NCBI RefSeq assembly: GCF_009914755.1 | Contig: NC_060931.1 | Direction: 5' to 3' (one strand) | Length of the DNA: 64,000 nt | DNA from: the human T2T-CHM13v2.0 reference genome, Homo sapiens | In this document: piece after piece, positions 16,394 through 35,995 of the stretch | How the letters are laid out: every line of letters begins with the position of its first letter | Position numbering within the stretch: the stretch's first letter is position 1 | The notes under the pieces: model-generated | What the model was told of the DNA's origin: nothing | Seen by the model: the letters and a program-made list of their open reading frames with translations, nothing else | Database searches by the model: none | Made by a program: the position numbers and the translations under genes

Positions 16394-17349
16394 CACAAAA
16401 CAGCTTTGGTCCCTGAATTCACCTGTCGGCCCCGCTGTCAGCTGGGGCTGGAGGGAGGAGGAAAGGAGAAATGTATGATGAATTCAATTCAATTCCATGA
16501 AGGCCAGAAGCCTCCCTCTCCTTCCTAGGGCCTCCACTGCGTGAGAGCCTCCATCTGGGCCTGGCAGCCATCTCACAGTCCCCCAGTCCCCGCCCAGTCT
16601 AGCTTGGGAAGGGGTGTAAAACTCCTTTCCAATGTGGCTGTTTCTTTGACACACAAATCTGATGGCAATGAACTCCCAGAAAGGGCCCCCCAGTCCAGCA
16701 AGTGTGGTAGATGCTGGGGGAGGAAAGGAGAAAGGTTTCCAGAAAGCGTGATTGCTGAGCTGAGAATCAGCTGGAAGGAGGAAAGAGAAGGTGGCATTCT
16801 GGAGAGAAGCACAAAAAGGAGAAATCGCATATGAGTGGCAAAACCCAGCAGAGCTCTCTGTTGCTGAAGCCTGAAGTTTTAAGTTAGAAGAGCAGGGAAA
16901 TTTGGTCAAGCAAGCGTGGACCCAATGGGCAGAGTTCTTAGTGCATCAGGCTAAAGTTGAGCCTTTATTCCACAGTTGATGGGCAGCCACCATGAGGCTT
17001 TAGGTCAGGGAGAGGGCAACATGCCTGTTAGGGAGGTGACTCTGGCCAAGGCTGGAGTTTGAGATGGCTGGTGTGGAAACCATGGCACCTGTCCAGGGCA
17101 AGAAGATTGAGAATCTGGGCAAATGTGCTGGCAACAGGCAGGTCGAGGTGGGGCGGTCTCAGGAATTATTTAGGAGTAACATTTTACACCCTCCCCAAGA
17201 ATCGGCAGAGCTTGGCCAGTGACATGGCATAGAGGTGAGAGCGGAGAAGTCTCCTACAACCGAAGTGTCTAGTGTGGATGATTGTGGATCATGGTGCCAC
17301 AAACTGGGACAGATGATGTAGGAAAAAGAGTGAGCCAGAAAGTGTTTCA

Positions 17350-17865
17350 TTTCCCTGTATTCCTGCATTAAAAACCTCCCTAAAATGTGGCCTTAAATAA
17401 CAATTTATTATTTCTCATGATTGTGTGGGCCAAGAAATGGTCAGGGCTCAGCAGGGCAGTTTTGCTCCACACAACTTTACCTGGGGCCATTCTCTTGACT
17501 GTGCCCAGCCAATGGCTGGTCTGGAAGGTCCATGTGTCCCTCACATGCTCAGCACCTTGGTGCTCCTCCACATGGCCCCTCTCTCTCCAAGTGGCTAGCT
17601 TGGGCTTCCTCACAGCATGGTGGTCTTAGGATAGCTGAACTTCTTCAATGGGGTGGCCTCCCAGAGGGTGTATTCTAAGAATCAAAGGCAGATGCTCTAT
17701 ATCTTCCAAGTCCCAATCTCAGAAATGACACAAAGTCACTCTGCCACGTTCTATTGGGTACAAGAAGTCACTGATCCAGTCCATATTTAAGAAAAGGAGA
17801 AACAGCCTCCAACTCTGAATGGAAGGAGTAGCAAAGAACGTGTGGCCATTTTAACCCACCACAGT
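17350..17865 (-). mobile_element. Old MaLR (MLT1-type) LTR
   Basis: TTAAATAACAATTTATTATTTCTCATG and GTCACTCTGCCACGTTCTATTGG motifs typical of MLT1. Confidence 0.65.
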
Positions 17866-18440
17866 GGGTGCAGTGAATGCTGTGAGGTGCCACCCAGGTG
17901 CCCCTTCAGAATGGAGGCATTTGGTTCCCTGAGGGCGTATTGGCTGCTCATACCTGGGTCCCTCTCCAGGAACTGTCCTCCCCTAAAGGCACATCCCCTC
18001 TCCAAGGAGAGTCGCCATCCAGTGACTGGTGGGTGCGGGCATACCAGAGCCCAGCTCCCAGAGTCTCTCTGGGGCAATTCTGAAGGATCATCTCAGCTCT
18101 AGAGCTGTGGGACCAGCTGATGGCTCCGTGTGTCGAAGTTCAAGTTCTCCCTCTGCCTGGTCTGCTTTCCTCACTCCCTTCGGATGCTTCTCCCGAGTCC
18201 TCCCCAGTCATCTCCTGCACTTAAATGCACCTCACAGCATTTGCCAAGAACCTGCCCAAGGTTGAGGAACCTGACCTCCACCAAGAGGCTGAGCTCTGAC
18301 TGGGAGTGTAGTGGTTGGACAGCCTCTGCAACAGTCAGAGCCTCCACAGTGGGCAGGGTTTGGGAGGCTGGAGGCTGGAGTCTGAGGGAGACATCTGGGC
18401 CTGTGATGGAGTCAGCAGAGTAAGGGGATCGGGAGGCTGA

Positions 18441-19045
<605 letters not shown>

Positions 19046-20029
19046 TCTGATCCCTTTTTTTAGTGAAAGATTTTGAGTGAAATGATTCATCGCTTGAGTG
19101 AAATAATGAATTAAAGAATATGAGCATTCTTGAGGCTACCAGGATTTTCCAAGGCCCCTTTGCACACCGCATTTACACGGCATTCTCCTTCAGCCAAATT
19201 CCCTAAATTCACAAGAGGCCTGATTTAGGGAAGGTCACTGATTCAGCTGGAGAGTTAATTATTCATTTGAATTGGTTTATGCAAAAAGCTCCAGAGAGCC
19301 CACAAGAATAAATTGAAAAGCTATTAGAACAGGCAAATTTAATAAAGTGGCTGGATGCAAAATTCAATAGCTTCCTCATCAACTAGCAATAACCAATTAG
19401 AAGATATAATGGGGGTGGGTGGATGGGGAAGCAGAGATAGCAACAATAACAAAAACACCTCAAATCTACTGCACCAGTGTTAGAAATGGAAACTATCTCT
19501 TATAACTTTGTAGACTTTTTTAGAAACCCATGAAATAATTAATTCAATGGGAAATCATGCCATGTTCCCAAATGGAAAGGCTGCATGTGCTGCAGAGTTG
19601 ACCTGTAGGTTGAACACAATCCAATTAAAAGTCCAAGGAGATTTGCCGCTTTGTTGTTGTTAAGCATGCCACAGTTCTTCTAAAGTTTACTCAGAAGAAA
19701 TACATAGGCAAGAATAGCTGAGAAAAAAAATGTGAAGATGAATAAGGAGGAATTTTGCCTTATCAGATATTAAATATACAATAAAGCTAAAATAATGAAA
19801 ATAGTGTAGCCATGATGCAAGAATTAGCAGACACATCAGTGGGGTCATATCTACAAGCAGGAGTTCGCGTACAAGAGGCTTGTGTCTAATGAAGATGGAA
19901 TTGCACTGCTGTGAGGTGAGGTGGCATTATTTGGTAAGTGGTACAGAGAAAATTGGTTAACGATTTGGGGGGACATACTCTCACATCTCACATTCAAATA
20001 AGTACATTCTGTGTGGATGAGTTAAACGC

Positions 20030-20453
20030 TGTTATGGGTTGAACTATGTCCATAAAAAAAGATATGTTGAAGTTCTAACCCCCAGCACCTCAGAATGTGA
20101 CCTTATTTGGAGACGGTTTCATTCCAGATGCAATTAATTATGCTAAATTGCAGTCATAGGAGAGTAGGGTAGGCCCCTAATCCAATATGACTTACATGCT
20201 TATAAGAAGATGGCATGTGGAGACAGAGGCAGGGACTGGAGCTCCATGCTGCTACCAGCCAAGGAAGTCTGGGGCTACCAGAAGCTGGAAGTGGCAAGGA
20301 AGCATCTTTCCTCTATGGGTTTCAGAGGGAGCGGCCCTGCTGACACTTTATCTCAGACTTCCAGCCTCCGGAGCTGTGAGACCATACATTTCTGTTGTTC
20401 TAAGCCACCCAATTTGTGGCACTTTGCTACAGCAGCCCTAGGACACTAATACA
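20030..20453 (+). mobile_element. MaLR MLT1-type LTR
   Basis: TGTTATGGGTTGAA...CTAATACA termini; inserted in an old L1M. Confidence 0.8.
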
Positions 20454-20666
20454 AATGTCTAATTATAGAACCATGTTAAAAATTCAGAGGAAATATAGGT
20501 AAAAAAATGTATATACTGTACTTGCAAAAGCAGTAAGAAACTTTGGGAATGATAGCAAGAGGAGTCTAAAAATTTTTAAAAATAAAACATTTTTTAAAAG
20601 CAGTAAGAACTTTATAAGCATAAAAGCAATGGAAAAAATCGAAAAGGAAAATCAAACTTTATATAA

Positions 20667-21057
<391 letters not shown>

Positions 21058-21085
21058 CTATTCTTAATGAGTAAGGAGAACCTTA

Positions 21086-21484
<399 letters not shown>

Positions 21485-21719
21485 CTAGTAATCAAATCCA
21501 TATAAATAGAAGACACTTTTTGCCTTTCAAATTAACTTAATCATGAGAGGGTACAGTAAAACTTGTATCCTTGTATGTCCCTCCATAATACCATACATGG
21601 TATAAATTTCTACAATTTTTAGAATATAATCTGGTGCTATGTATAAAGAGGCTTTTTAAAATTCATACCCTTTGACTCAGTAATTCTCCTTCTAAAAATC
21701 TATCTTAAGGAATTAATTA

Positions 21720-22048
<329 letters not shown>

Positions 22049-22115
22049 AGATGTTCATCACTGCATTATTTATAGTAATGAAAAATTAGAAACTGCCTCA
22101 ATGTCTAAAGGGAAT

Positions 22116-22321
22116 CATGGCACATCCATGTGATGTTAAATTATGCAACCATTAAAGGTGATGATTTCATTGTATTTAATGACATGGAAAATACAATTAA
22201 ATGACATGGAATATTACACATATTTAACATTACATGGAACATCCATATAATGTTAAATTATGCAACCATTAAAGGTGGTGATTTCATTGTATTTAATGAT
22301 AAGGAAAATACAATTAAAATG
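22116..22321. repeat. Local direct duplication of ~87 bp (period 117)
   Basis: ATGTTAAATTATGCAACCATTAAAGGTG...AAAATACAATTAAA occurs at 22116-22203 and 22233-22321. Confidence 0.85.
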
Positions 22322-24828
22322 TAAAATTCAAGAGCTCAGGATTACATGCATAGTATTATTAGCCAAATTTTATAAAACACATATCTACAGGGGAAAAAAA
22401 GTGTTAAAATCAGCCAAAATACTTATTGTTTCCTCTGGATACCATGATTTATAGATGGTTTTAATTGTTTTCATTCCAGTAAAATACATGTAACAAAATT
22501 TACCACTTTAACAATTTTTTAGTGTATAATTCAGTAGCATTAAGTACTTTCACAATATTAGGTAACCCATCACTACTATAATTTTCCAGAATTTTTTCTT
22601 TCATCTTCCAGGACTTTTTCATCTTCCCACACTGAAGCTCTGTACCCATTAAACAATACCTCCCTCCCCATTGCCCCTTACTCTCAGCCTCTGGTAACGT
22701 CTGTGGCACTTTCTGTCGCTCACAAATCTGCCTAGTCTAGGTACTTCATACAAGTGGAATCATATTATATTTTCCCTTTGTCTGGGTTATTTCACTTAGC
22801 ACAGTGTTTTTAAGGTTCACCCATGTTGCAGCACGTATCAGAATTTCATTCTTTTCTATGGCTGAATAATGTTCCATTGTACATAACTTAAATATCCCAT
22901 TTTGTTCATCCATTCATCTGTTGATGGACATTTGGGCTGTTTCCCCTTTTTAACTACTGTGAATAATGCTATGAACAGTGATGTACACATTTATGTTCAC
23001 ATCCCTGCTTCCAGTTCTTCTGAGTATATACTGAAGAGTGAAATTCCTGGATCATATGATATTTCTATTTTTAATTTTTGGAGGAATAGTTGGTTTTAAA
23101 TTTTTTAAATTTTCTTGTGTGTTGTGGAAAGTCAGGGACCCCGAACGGAGGGACCGGCTGGAGCCACAGCAAAGGAACATGAATTGTGAAAATTTCATGG
23201 ACATTTATCAGTTCCCAAATAATACTTTTATAATTTCTTATGCCTGTCTTTACTTTAATCTCTTAATCCTGTTATCTTCATAAGCTGAGGATGTATGTCA
23301 CCTCAGGACCACTGTGATATTTGTGTTAACTGTACAAAATGATTGTAAAACATGTGTGTTTGAACAATATGAAATCAGTGCACCTTGAAAAAGAACAGAA
23401 TAACTGATTTTTAGGGAACAAGGGAAGACAACTATAAGGTCTGACTGCCTGTGGGGTCGGGCAAAAAGAGCCATATTTTTCTTCTTGCAGAGAGCCTATA
23501 AACGGACGTGCAAGTAGGAGAGATATCGCTAAATTCTTTTCCTAGCAAGGAATATTAATATTAATACCCTGGGAAAGGAATGCATTCCTGGGGGGAGGTC
23601 TATAAACAGCTGCTCTGGGAGTTTCTCTCTTATGTGGTTGAGATAAGGATTGAGGTATTCCCTGGTCTCCTGCAGTACCCTCAGGCTTATTAGGGTGGGG
23701 AAAAACTCCGCCCTGGTAAATCTGTGGTCAGACCAGTTCTCTGGTCTCAACCCTGTTTTCTGCTGTTTAAGATGTTTATCAAGACAATACGGGGGGGAGG
23801 AGCCAAGATGGCCAAATAGGAACAGCTCCGGTCTACAGCTCCCAGCGTGAGCGACGCAGAAGACAGGTGATTTCTGCATTTCCATCTGAGGTACCAGGTT
23901 CATCTCACTAGGGAGTGCCAGACAGTGGGCCCAGGTCAGTGGGTGCAGCACACCGTGCGTGAGCCGAAGCAGGGCGAGGCATTGCCTCACTCGGGAAGCA
24001 CAAGGGGTCAGGGAGTTCCCTTTCCTAGTCAAAGAAAGGGGTGACAGACGGCACCTGGAAAATTGGGTCACTCCCACCCGAATACTGCGCTTTTCCAACG
24101 GGCTTAAAAAACCGCGCACCAGGAGATTATATCCTGCACCTGGCTTGGAGGGTCCTACGCCCACGGAGTCTCGCTGATTGCTAGCACAGCAGTCTGAGAT
24201 CAAACTGCAAGGCAGCAGCGAGGCTGGGGGAGGGGCGCCCGCCATTGCCCAGGCTTGCTTAGGTAAACAAAGCAGCCGGGAAGCTCCAACTGGGTGGAGC
24301 CTACCACAGCTCAAGGAGGCCTGACTGCCTCTGTAGGCTCCACCTCTGGGGGCAGGGCACAGACAAACAAAAAGACAGCAGTAACCTCTGCAGACTTAAA
24401 TGTCCCTGTCTGACAGCTTTGAAGAGAGCAGTGGTTCTTCCAGCACTCAGCTGGAGATCTGAGAACGGGCAGACTGCCTCCTCAAGTGGGTCCCTGACCC
24501 CTGACCCCTGAGCAGCCTAAGTGGGAGGCACCCCCCAGTAGGGGCAGACTGACACCCCACATGGCCGGGTACTCCTCTGAGACAAAACTTGCAGAGGAAC
24601 GATTAGACAGCAGCATTTGCGGTTCACGAAAAACCACTGTTCTGCAGACACCGCTGCTGATACCCAGGCAAACAGAGTCTGGAGTGGATCTCTAGCAAAC
24701 TCCAACAGACCTGCAGCTGAGGGTCCCGTCTGTTAGAAGGAAAACTAACAAACAGAAAGGACATCCACACCAAAAACCCATCTGCACATCACCATCATCA
24801 AAGACTAAAAGTAGATAAAACCACAAAG

Positions 24829-25836
24829 ATGGGGAAAAAACAGAGCAGAAGAACCGGAAACTCTAAAAAGCAGAGCACCTCTCCTCCTCCAAAGGATCAC
24901 AGTTCCTCACCAGCAATGGAACAAAGCTGGATGGAGAATGACTTTGACGAGTTGAGAGAAGAAGGCTTCAGACGATCAAACTACGAGCTACAGGAGGAAA
25001 TTCAAGCCAAAGGCAAAGAAGTTACAAACTTTGAAAAAAATTTAGACGAATGTATAACTAGAATAACCAATACAGAGAAGTGCTTAAAGGAGCTGATGGA
25101 GCTGAAAGCCAAGGCTCGAGAACTACGTGAAGAATGCAGAAGCCTCAGGAGCCGATGCGATCAACTGGAAGAAAGGGTATCAGCGATGGAAGATGAAATG
25201 AATGAAATGAAGCAAGAAGGGAAGTTTAGAGAAAAAAGAATAGAAAGAAACGAACAAAGCCTCCAAGAAATATGGGACTATGTGAAAAGACCAAATCTAC
25301 GTCTGATTGGTGTACCTGAAAGTGACGGGGAGAATGGAACCAAGTTAGAAAACACTAAAAGATATTATCCAGGAGAACTTCCCCAATCTAGCAAGGCAGG
25401 CCAACATTCAGATTCAGGAAATACAGAGAATGCCGCAAAGATACTTCTCAAGAAAAGCAACTCCAAGACACATAATTGTCAGATTCACCAAAGTTGAAAT
25501 GAAGGAAAAGATGTTAAGGGCAGCCAGAGAGAAAGGTCGGGTTACCCACAAAGGGAAGCCCATCAGACTAACAGCTGATCTCTCGGCAGAAACTCTACAA
25601 GCCAGAAGAGAGTGGGGGCCAATATTCAACATTCTTAAAGAAAAGAATTTTCAACCCAGAATTTCATATCCAGCCAAGCTAAGCTTTGTAAGTGAAGGAG
25701 AAATAAAATACCTTACAGACAAGAAATGCTGAGAGATTTTGTCACCACCAGGCCTGCCCTAAAAGAGCTCCTGAAGGAAGTGCTAAACATGGAAAGGAAC
25801 TGGTACCAGCCGCTGCAAAATCGTGCCAAAATGTAA
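24829..25836 (+). pseudogene. L1 ORF1, disrupted
   Basis: MGKKQSRRTG start; frameshifts near 25355 and 25727 (track ORFs 24829..25497, 25430..25732). Confidence 0.92.
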
Positions 25837-25884
25837 AGACCATCGAGACTAGGAAGAAACTGCATCAACTAACGAGCAAAATAA

Positions 25885-29716
<3,832 letters not shown>

Positions 29717-30449
29717 ACAATGAGAACACATGGACACAGGAAGGGGAACATCACACTCTGGGGACTATTGAGGGGTGGGGGGAGGGGGGAGGGATAGCAT
29801 TGGGAGATATACCTAATGCTAGATGACGAGTTAGTGGGTGCAGCGCACCAGCATGGCACATGTATACATATGTAACTAACCTGCACAGTGTGCACATGTA
29901 CCCTAAAACTTAAATAATAAAAAAAAAAGACAATACGCGCACAGTTGAACATAGACCCTTATCAGTAGTTCTGTTTTGCCTTTTGTCTTGTTTCCTCAGA
30001 AGCATGTGATCTTTGTTCTGCTTTTGCCCTTTGAAGCATGTGATCTTTGTACCTACTCCCTGTTTTACACCCCCTCTCCTTTTGAAACCCTTAATAAAAA
30101 ACTTGCTGGTTTGAGGCTCAGGTGGGCATCACAGTCCTACTGATATGCGACGTCACCCCCGGCAGCCCAGCTGTTAAAATTCCTCTCTTTGTACTCTTTC
30201 TCTTTATTTCTCAGTCAGCCGACACTTATGGAAAATAGAAAGAACCTATGTTGAAATATTGGGGGTGGGTTCCCCCAATACTTCTGTATTTTTCAGATTC
30301 TCTTTACTGAGCATATATTATTTTTACAATCAGAAAAAAATGAACGGATTTATTTTCAAATGCCCCCCCATTGCTCTTCTTTAAATATACAGAATATATT
30401 CTTTACATATAAAACACTGCTCCTTCAGAGCCAAGCAAAGGATCACTCA

Positions 30450-30893
<444 letters not shown>

Positions 30894-31574
30894 TTATGCA
30901 GTTCCCAGGAGGAGAGGTGTGTCACGCCTTGCAGGGCCACACAGGAAGAACTTGGGTCAGCCAAGAAGCAGAGGGGGTGAGGGAAAAGCACGATCCAGCG
31001 CCTTTAATGTAGTTTCCAGCAGAAAGGCAAGGCAAGGCAGGGAAGCAGGCTTAGGATTGGCTAATCTGTATAACTTTGGCAGGCCCTGGCTATAGGGATT
31101 GTCCCTAGTTGTCCCATGCCTGGCCCTGGAGTGATTTAGGGCAGGGGGAATATTGGCTTGCTGTGTCAGAGTTTGATAAAGGAGGTGACTGGGGGTGTGG
31201 GCTCTGGATTGACTGGTTTGCATACGAAAGGCACGCTCGACCAAGTTGTTTACTCTCTCCCCAAAGTAGCTAGCCCTGGGAGGGGCAGTCTCTCCAGGAT
31301 AATGCATTATAAAAACAACAACAGCACCTGATTAGTATAATGACATATGTTTCTCTTCACAGCAGTTTGTAATAGCAAAGGTTGGAAACCGTTGAATGGG
31401 ATTTCCATCACATAAAGAACTGGTTATGTAAATTATGTTACACTGATACAATCCAATGAGCCTCCCTTCAGAGAGAGGCACCCTCATGGCCTAATTACTT
31501 CTTTAAGGACCCCATCTCAATACTATCACATTGGCAATAACCTGAATTTTGGAAGGGACACATTCAAACCATAG

Positions 31575-31890
31575 CAGAGATGTAATCAAATTAAGATGAA
31601 ATCATTGGGCTGGGCCTAAGCCAATATGACTGGTGTCTTTATAAGAAGAGGGAAATTTGGACATAGACCTATAGACACAGGGAGAAGATGGCCATGTGAC
31701 AACGAGGCAGAGACTGCAGTGATGCATCTATATGCCAGGCAACGCCAAGAAATTCCTCATGAAGGAACCAACCTTGCCAACACTTTGATTTTAGACTTCT
31801 AGCCTCCAGAACCGTAAGGTGATAAATTTCTGTTGTTTAAGCCACCCAGCCTGTGGTACTCTCTTACAGTAGCCCTCCTGACTAATATAG
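31575..31890 (+). mobile_element. MaLR MLT1-type LTR fragment
   Basis: GACTTCTAGCCTCCAGAAC...TGTTGTTTAAGCCACCCAG...CTAATATA. Confidence 0.7.
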
Positions 31891-34557
31891 GCCCTTTCTC
31901 AACTTTCCCTAGAAGCCCAGGTTTCCTTGCTACAACCCTGGCAGAGGCTTTGGCACATTTCACCCCTCCTCTCTTTGTGATTGGTTTTCACAAAGAAGCT
32001 CAAAGTGGAGGAATGATCTCTGGACATGAAGCCTGAGGACCATGCAAGCTCCTTCCTGCCAGAGGCTCTGTTCTGGGTTCTACCTGACCTGGACTCTGAG
32101 GGCTCTGAGCAGGGAAGGGTTAGAACCCAGCGTGGATCAAACATTTGAGATGAATCAGCACTGATAGCTGGAATGTGAGCTCCCAAGTGGCTTGAGCTCA
32201 CTCTGCTCAGGACCCTCTGCAGCTCCTGGGGGAACACTGGCACAGACGGGTGCACAGTTAATATTCAGTTAACACCGGCTGGCTGAATGAAGGGCGAGCT
32301 ATCTTGAGCCTGACTTTTCTGATCCTTCAATGAGCATGCTAACATCATCCAACCCCTGACCTTGTGGTGAGGATCAAAGACGTTAATGCCCACTAAACGC
32401 TTTCTACGATGCCTGGAAACAACTGTTATCAATACTGTGCTATGTTTTAGTAAAGAGGGCTGTTCCCTGAGAGCAAAATTGGCAAGTGGGTCTCACCTCC
32501 CATGCTGACTCCAATTGTTGGGTGCGGTTGCATGGATTGATGTCAAAAGCCTCCCAAGGCCCAGTCTGGGCCAGATGCAGGGACTGTCATGATCCCTTAG
32601 CAGTGTTTGCTCTGGAAAAGGAGGAACAGGGACCTGGGTGCCATCTCTTCACAGCGCTCCACCCCTAGGGCCTGCTTAAATGGCACAGCCAGCTCCTCAG
32701 AGAGACAGGACACACTCTCCTTCTGCCTGCAGTTGTGAGGAAAGAAGGGGCACTGAGGAGGATGGGTCACCCCGGGAGCAGAGCCTGGCTCATATCCTGG
32801 TATCCCTGCAGAGGCTGGAGGTGGGGCCAGCACCACCTGAGGACATGTAGCCTTCCCAGGATTCTGGCGTGTGTTCCCATCCCTAGCAGGAAAGAAGTGG
32901 AAATTAGCCAATCACCCTGGAAGTGGGCAACCAGTCTTTCTCCCCTTTCCTGTGAATTCACTCAGGACACTGGGGACAAAAGACATCACAGACCCTATCT
33001 CCCGTGCTCTTTTACAGTGGCTATTTCATTTAGTACTAGGGGGCTTTTTGCCTCTATTTTATAAATGAGTAAAGAGGACTGGAGGGTCTGAGTGATTTGT
33101 CCAGGGTCATCCTCTGTCCTTTGGCTTTTACCTGTGTCACCACAGCCTCCTGGGGAGATGGCTGTGAAAGTGGGCAAAGGGTGAGTCTCAGCTTCACAGG
33201 GCTGCAGCATCAGCAGCCTCTCTTGCCTGTCCGTCAGCACTGACAGGGGCAACACCTGGCCTGGCACAAGGCTCTCCGCTTCTTGCCCTCAGGACTTGGA
33301 GTCTCTTGGAAGGAGCCTCAGCCCTTCTCTTGGTTCCTGCTTTTGTCTCTAGCCTTCCTAGAGTAGCTCAGATCAGTTCACACCCCTCTACCCACGACTA
33401 CCCAGGAAAGGACATGATCCCTCATTAAGACCCAGCTATTGCCTAAGGGTCACTGAGGGCCTCAAACCCCAGAGGCTCTGTGGCAGGCACCTGGGAGCCC
33501 ACTTGGCGGGCCTTGCCCTGGCCCAGACATCACAGACCACTCTCACTGCACTGGCTATTAAGTGCCTGCTCTCTACTAGGGATTCCTAGGGGGTGGCCAA
33601 GAGAAGGAAAGACACCCCCACAGGAAGGATGGGCCCAGAAACTGACTTTCCATGGCTCCGACGAGGGGTCCTGAGGCACTCTATCGAAGTGCAAGTCCCT
33701 GAATCTGTGTCCCAAGCTCTGAAAATGCAAGAGGTGCTTGGAGCAAACAGGGAGTGTCCTGTCACTGAAGGTCTGCAAGCAGAGGGGTAAGGGACTGTTT
33801 GCCTCCTACAGATTTCCCTTCTTTCTCTTCTTCTGGGCCTCTGGGCCAGAGACAGGCATTTTACTTGATGCGATCATCCTCAGCACATGCCTGACACATA
33901 GTAGGTGCTCAGTAATTGTTAGCTGTTGTTATTAACCATTATGTGAGTTTAGAGTGCCCGTCCTATTGCAGAGAGGGAGAGAGCAGAGACAAATGGTGAT
34001 TCTAAGAACCTGTCCCCTTCCCTGGGACTCACTCCAGTGGCTGGTCGCCAGTTGCACCCACACGCGGCTGGCTGCGGGCAGGAGAGCTGGGCTCATTCGT
34101 TCTGGCAGCTGTCCCTGCAGATGAGGATCGAGGGTATGTGACTGCCTGAGCAGCTACTTCAATCCTAATGTCCCTTTAATAGCTCTCGTCAAATTGCCAC
34201 AGCTCTCCCCAGAGATTTTCATGGCTATGGAAAATAAATAGCCATTATCTGACCTCCAGGGGAATGAAGATGTCTGCAGAATTCGGGGAAAAGCAGTTAT
34301 AAAACTGAGTAGAGCCAGCGCACCCTTTCCCTATTAGCAACCTCTAAGGGAGTCCTAGCTACTGCCTAGGAAATCACAAAATAAATGTATTCACTCCTCA
34401 GACTCTCTTTTTTCACCTATTAGTATGTATATGAGTACATTTGGCTTGTGGTAGATCAGGAGAGAGAAAGAAAGAAAAAACAACTACAAAAATATGTAAT
34501 GATTAGTTAGTCCAGGGGTAGCAGGAAAAGAAGCTGGTCAAGTAAAGGGTTTAATCC

Positions 34558-35000
<443 letters not shown>

Positions 35001-35853
35001 TGAGACAGTTCCTGAAATAGGCCCTAGAGACAGCACTCACGGCCAAGTGGGACCTTGCTCTGGTACTAGCTCAGGTGGCCAAGGGGTTTCAGGAGAGGGT
35101 CTGGACTTCCCCACATCCTGCTTTCATCAGCTCTAAGACTAGGTGGTGACATCTGCTTCTCAATAACCTTCACCAGGCTTGCTGTGAAGGTCACCTGAGA
35201 TAAGAGACGTGAAAGGATGCTGAAGATGCAAAAGCCTAAGCCAGGCAGCCCTGCTTGGCCTGGCCTCCTGGAAAGGGGCAATGCCCCAGCCCAGCACACA
35301 ACCAGGGCCTCATGATGACAATTCTGCAAAACTGGTCCTTGGCTCGTCCTCCCTTGCCAGGATGAGACTGTGCAAAGCCCCACCCACAGGCAGCTGCTCC
35401 AGGTGTCGTTTAAGGGCTCCAAATTCCTTCCAACTAAAAGTATCTTTCCATCCCTGTTGGTATAGTGGTTAGGGGAAAAAAAATTAAAAGAAAATGAACA
35501 ATGTATTTTCCACGTCAAGATGCCTGAACTTCCCATAACAGCTGTCACTTTAAGAAGCCATAAGAGAAAGGGCCAGGTCTCCATAGGTCATTATTCTTAC
35601 CAGGCGGGGTCAACTTCCTCTATTAACACCCATGCACGTATCAGAAGCTACCCATGAAAGGCCAAGGGCCTACAGCAAAGCTCCCATGACTGGAAAGTAT
35701 TTAAGCATAAGGAACAGAATAGTTTCGAGGGAAGGACAAGAAAGAGAGTCGGGAAGGCTGGGCAGAACACTACTTGGACAACTAAAAAAGCAAGTGGGGA
35801 CATCTCAAAGAGTGGGCTGGCCACTCCCAGAACCTGTGTAAGCAGGAAACAAA

Positions 35854-35995
35854 AAGCATTTATTGCTGGTAAATGCTTAACAACTGGCTCTCTGGGATAA
35901 AAATGTATATATGTACAGAAATTTATTATAAATTTCATTGATAAAAATGATGTGCAGCACATAATTTATAAATAAAATATACAATGCCATTTATT
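35854..35995 (-). terminator. Cluster of three AATAAA polyadenylation signals on the RBM28 strand
   Basis: TTTATT on + at 35859-35864, 35922-35927 and 35990-35995; TGTA elements and U-rich downstream sequence on the minus strand. Confidence 0.55.
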
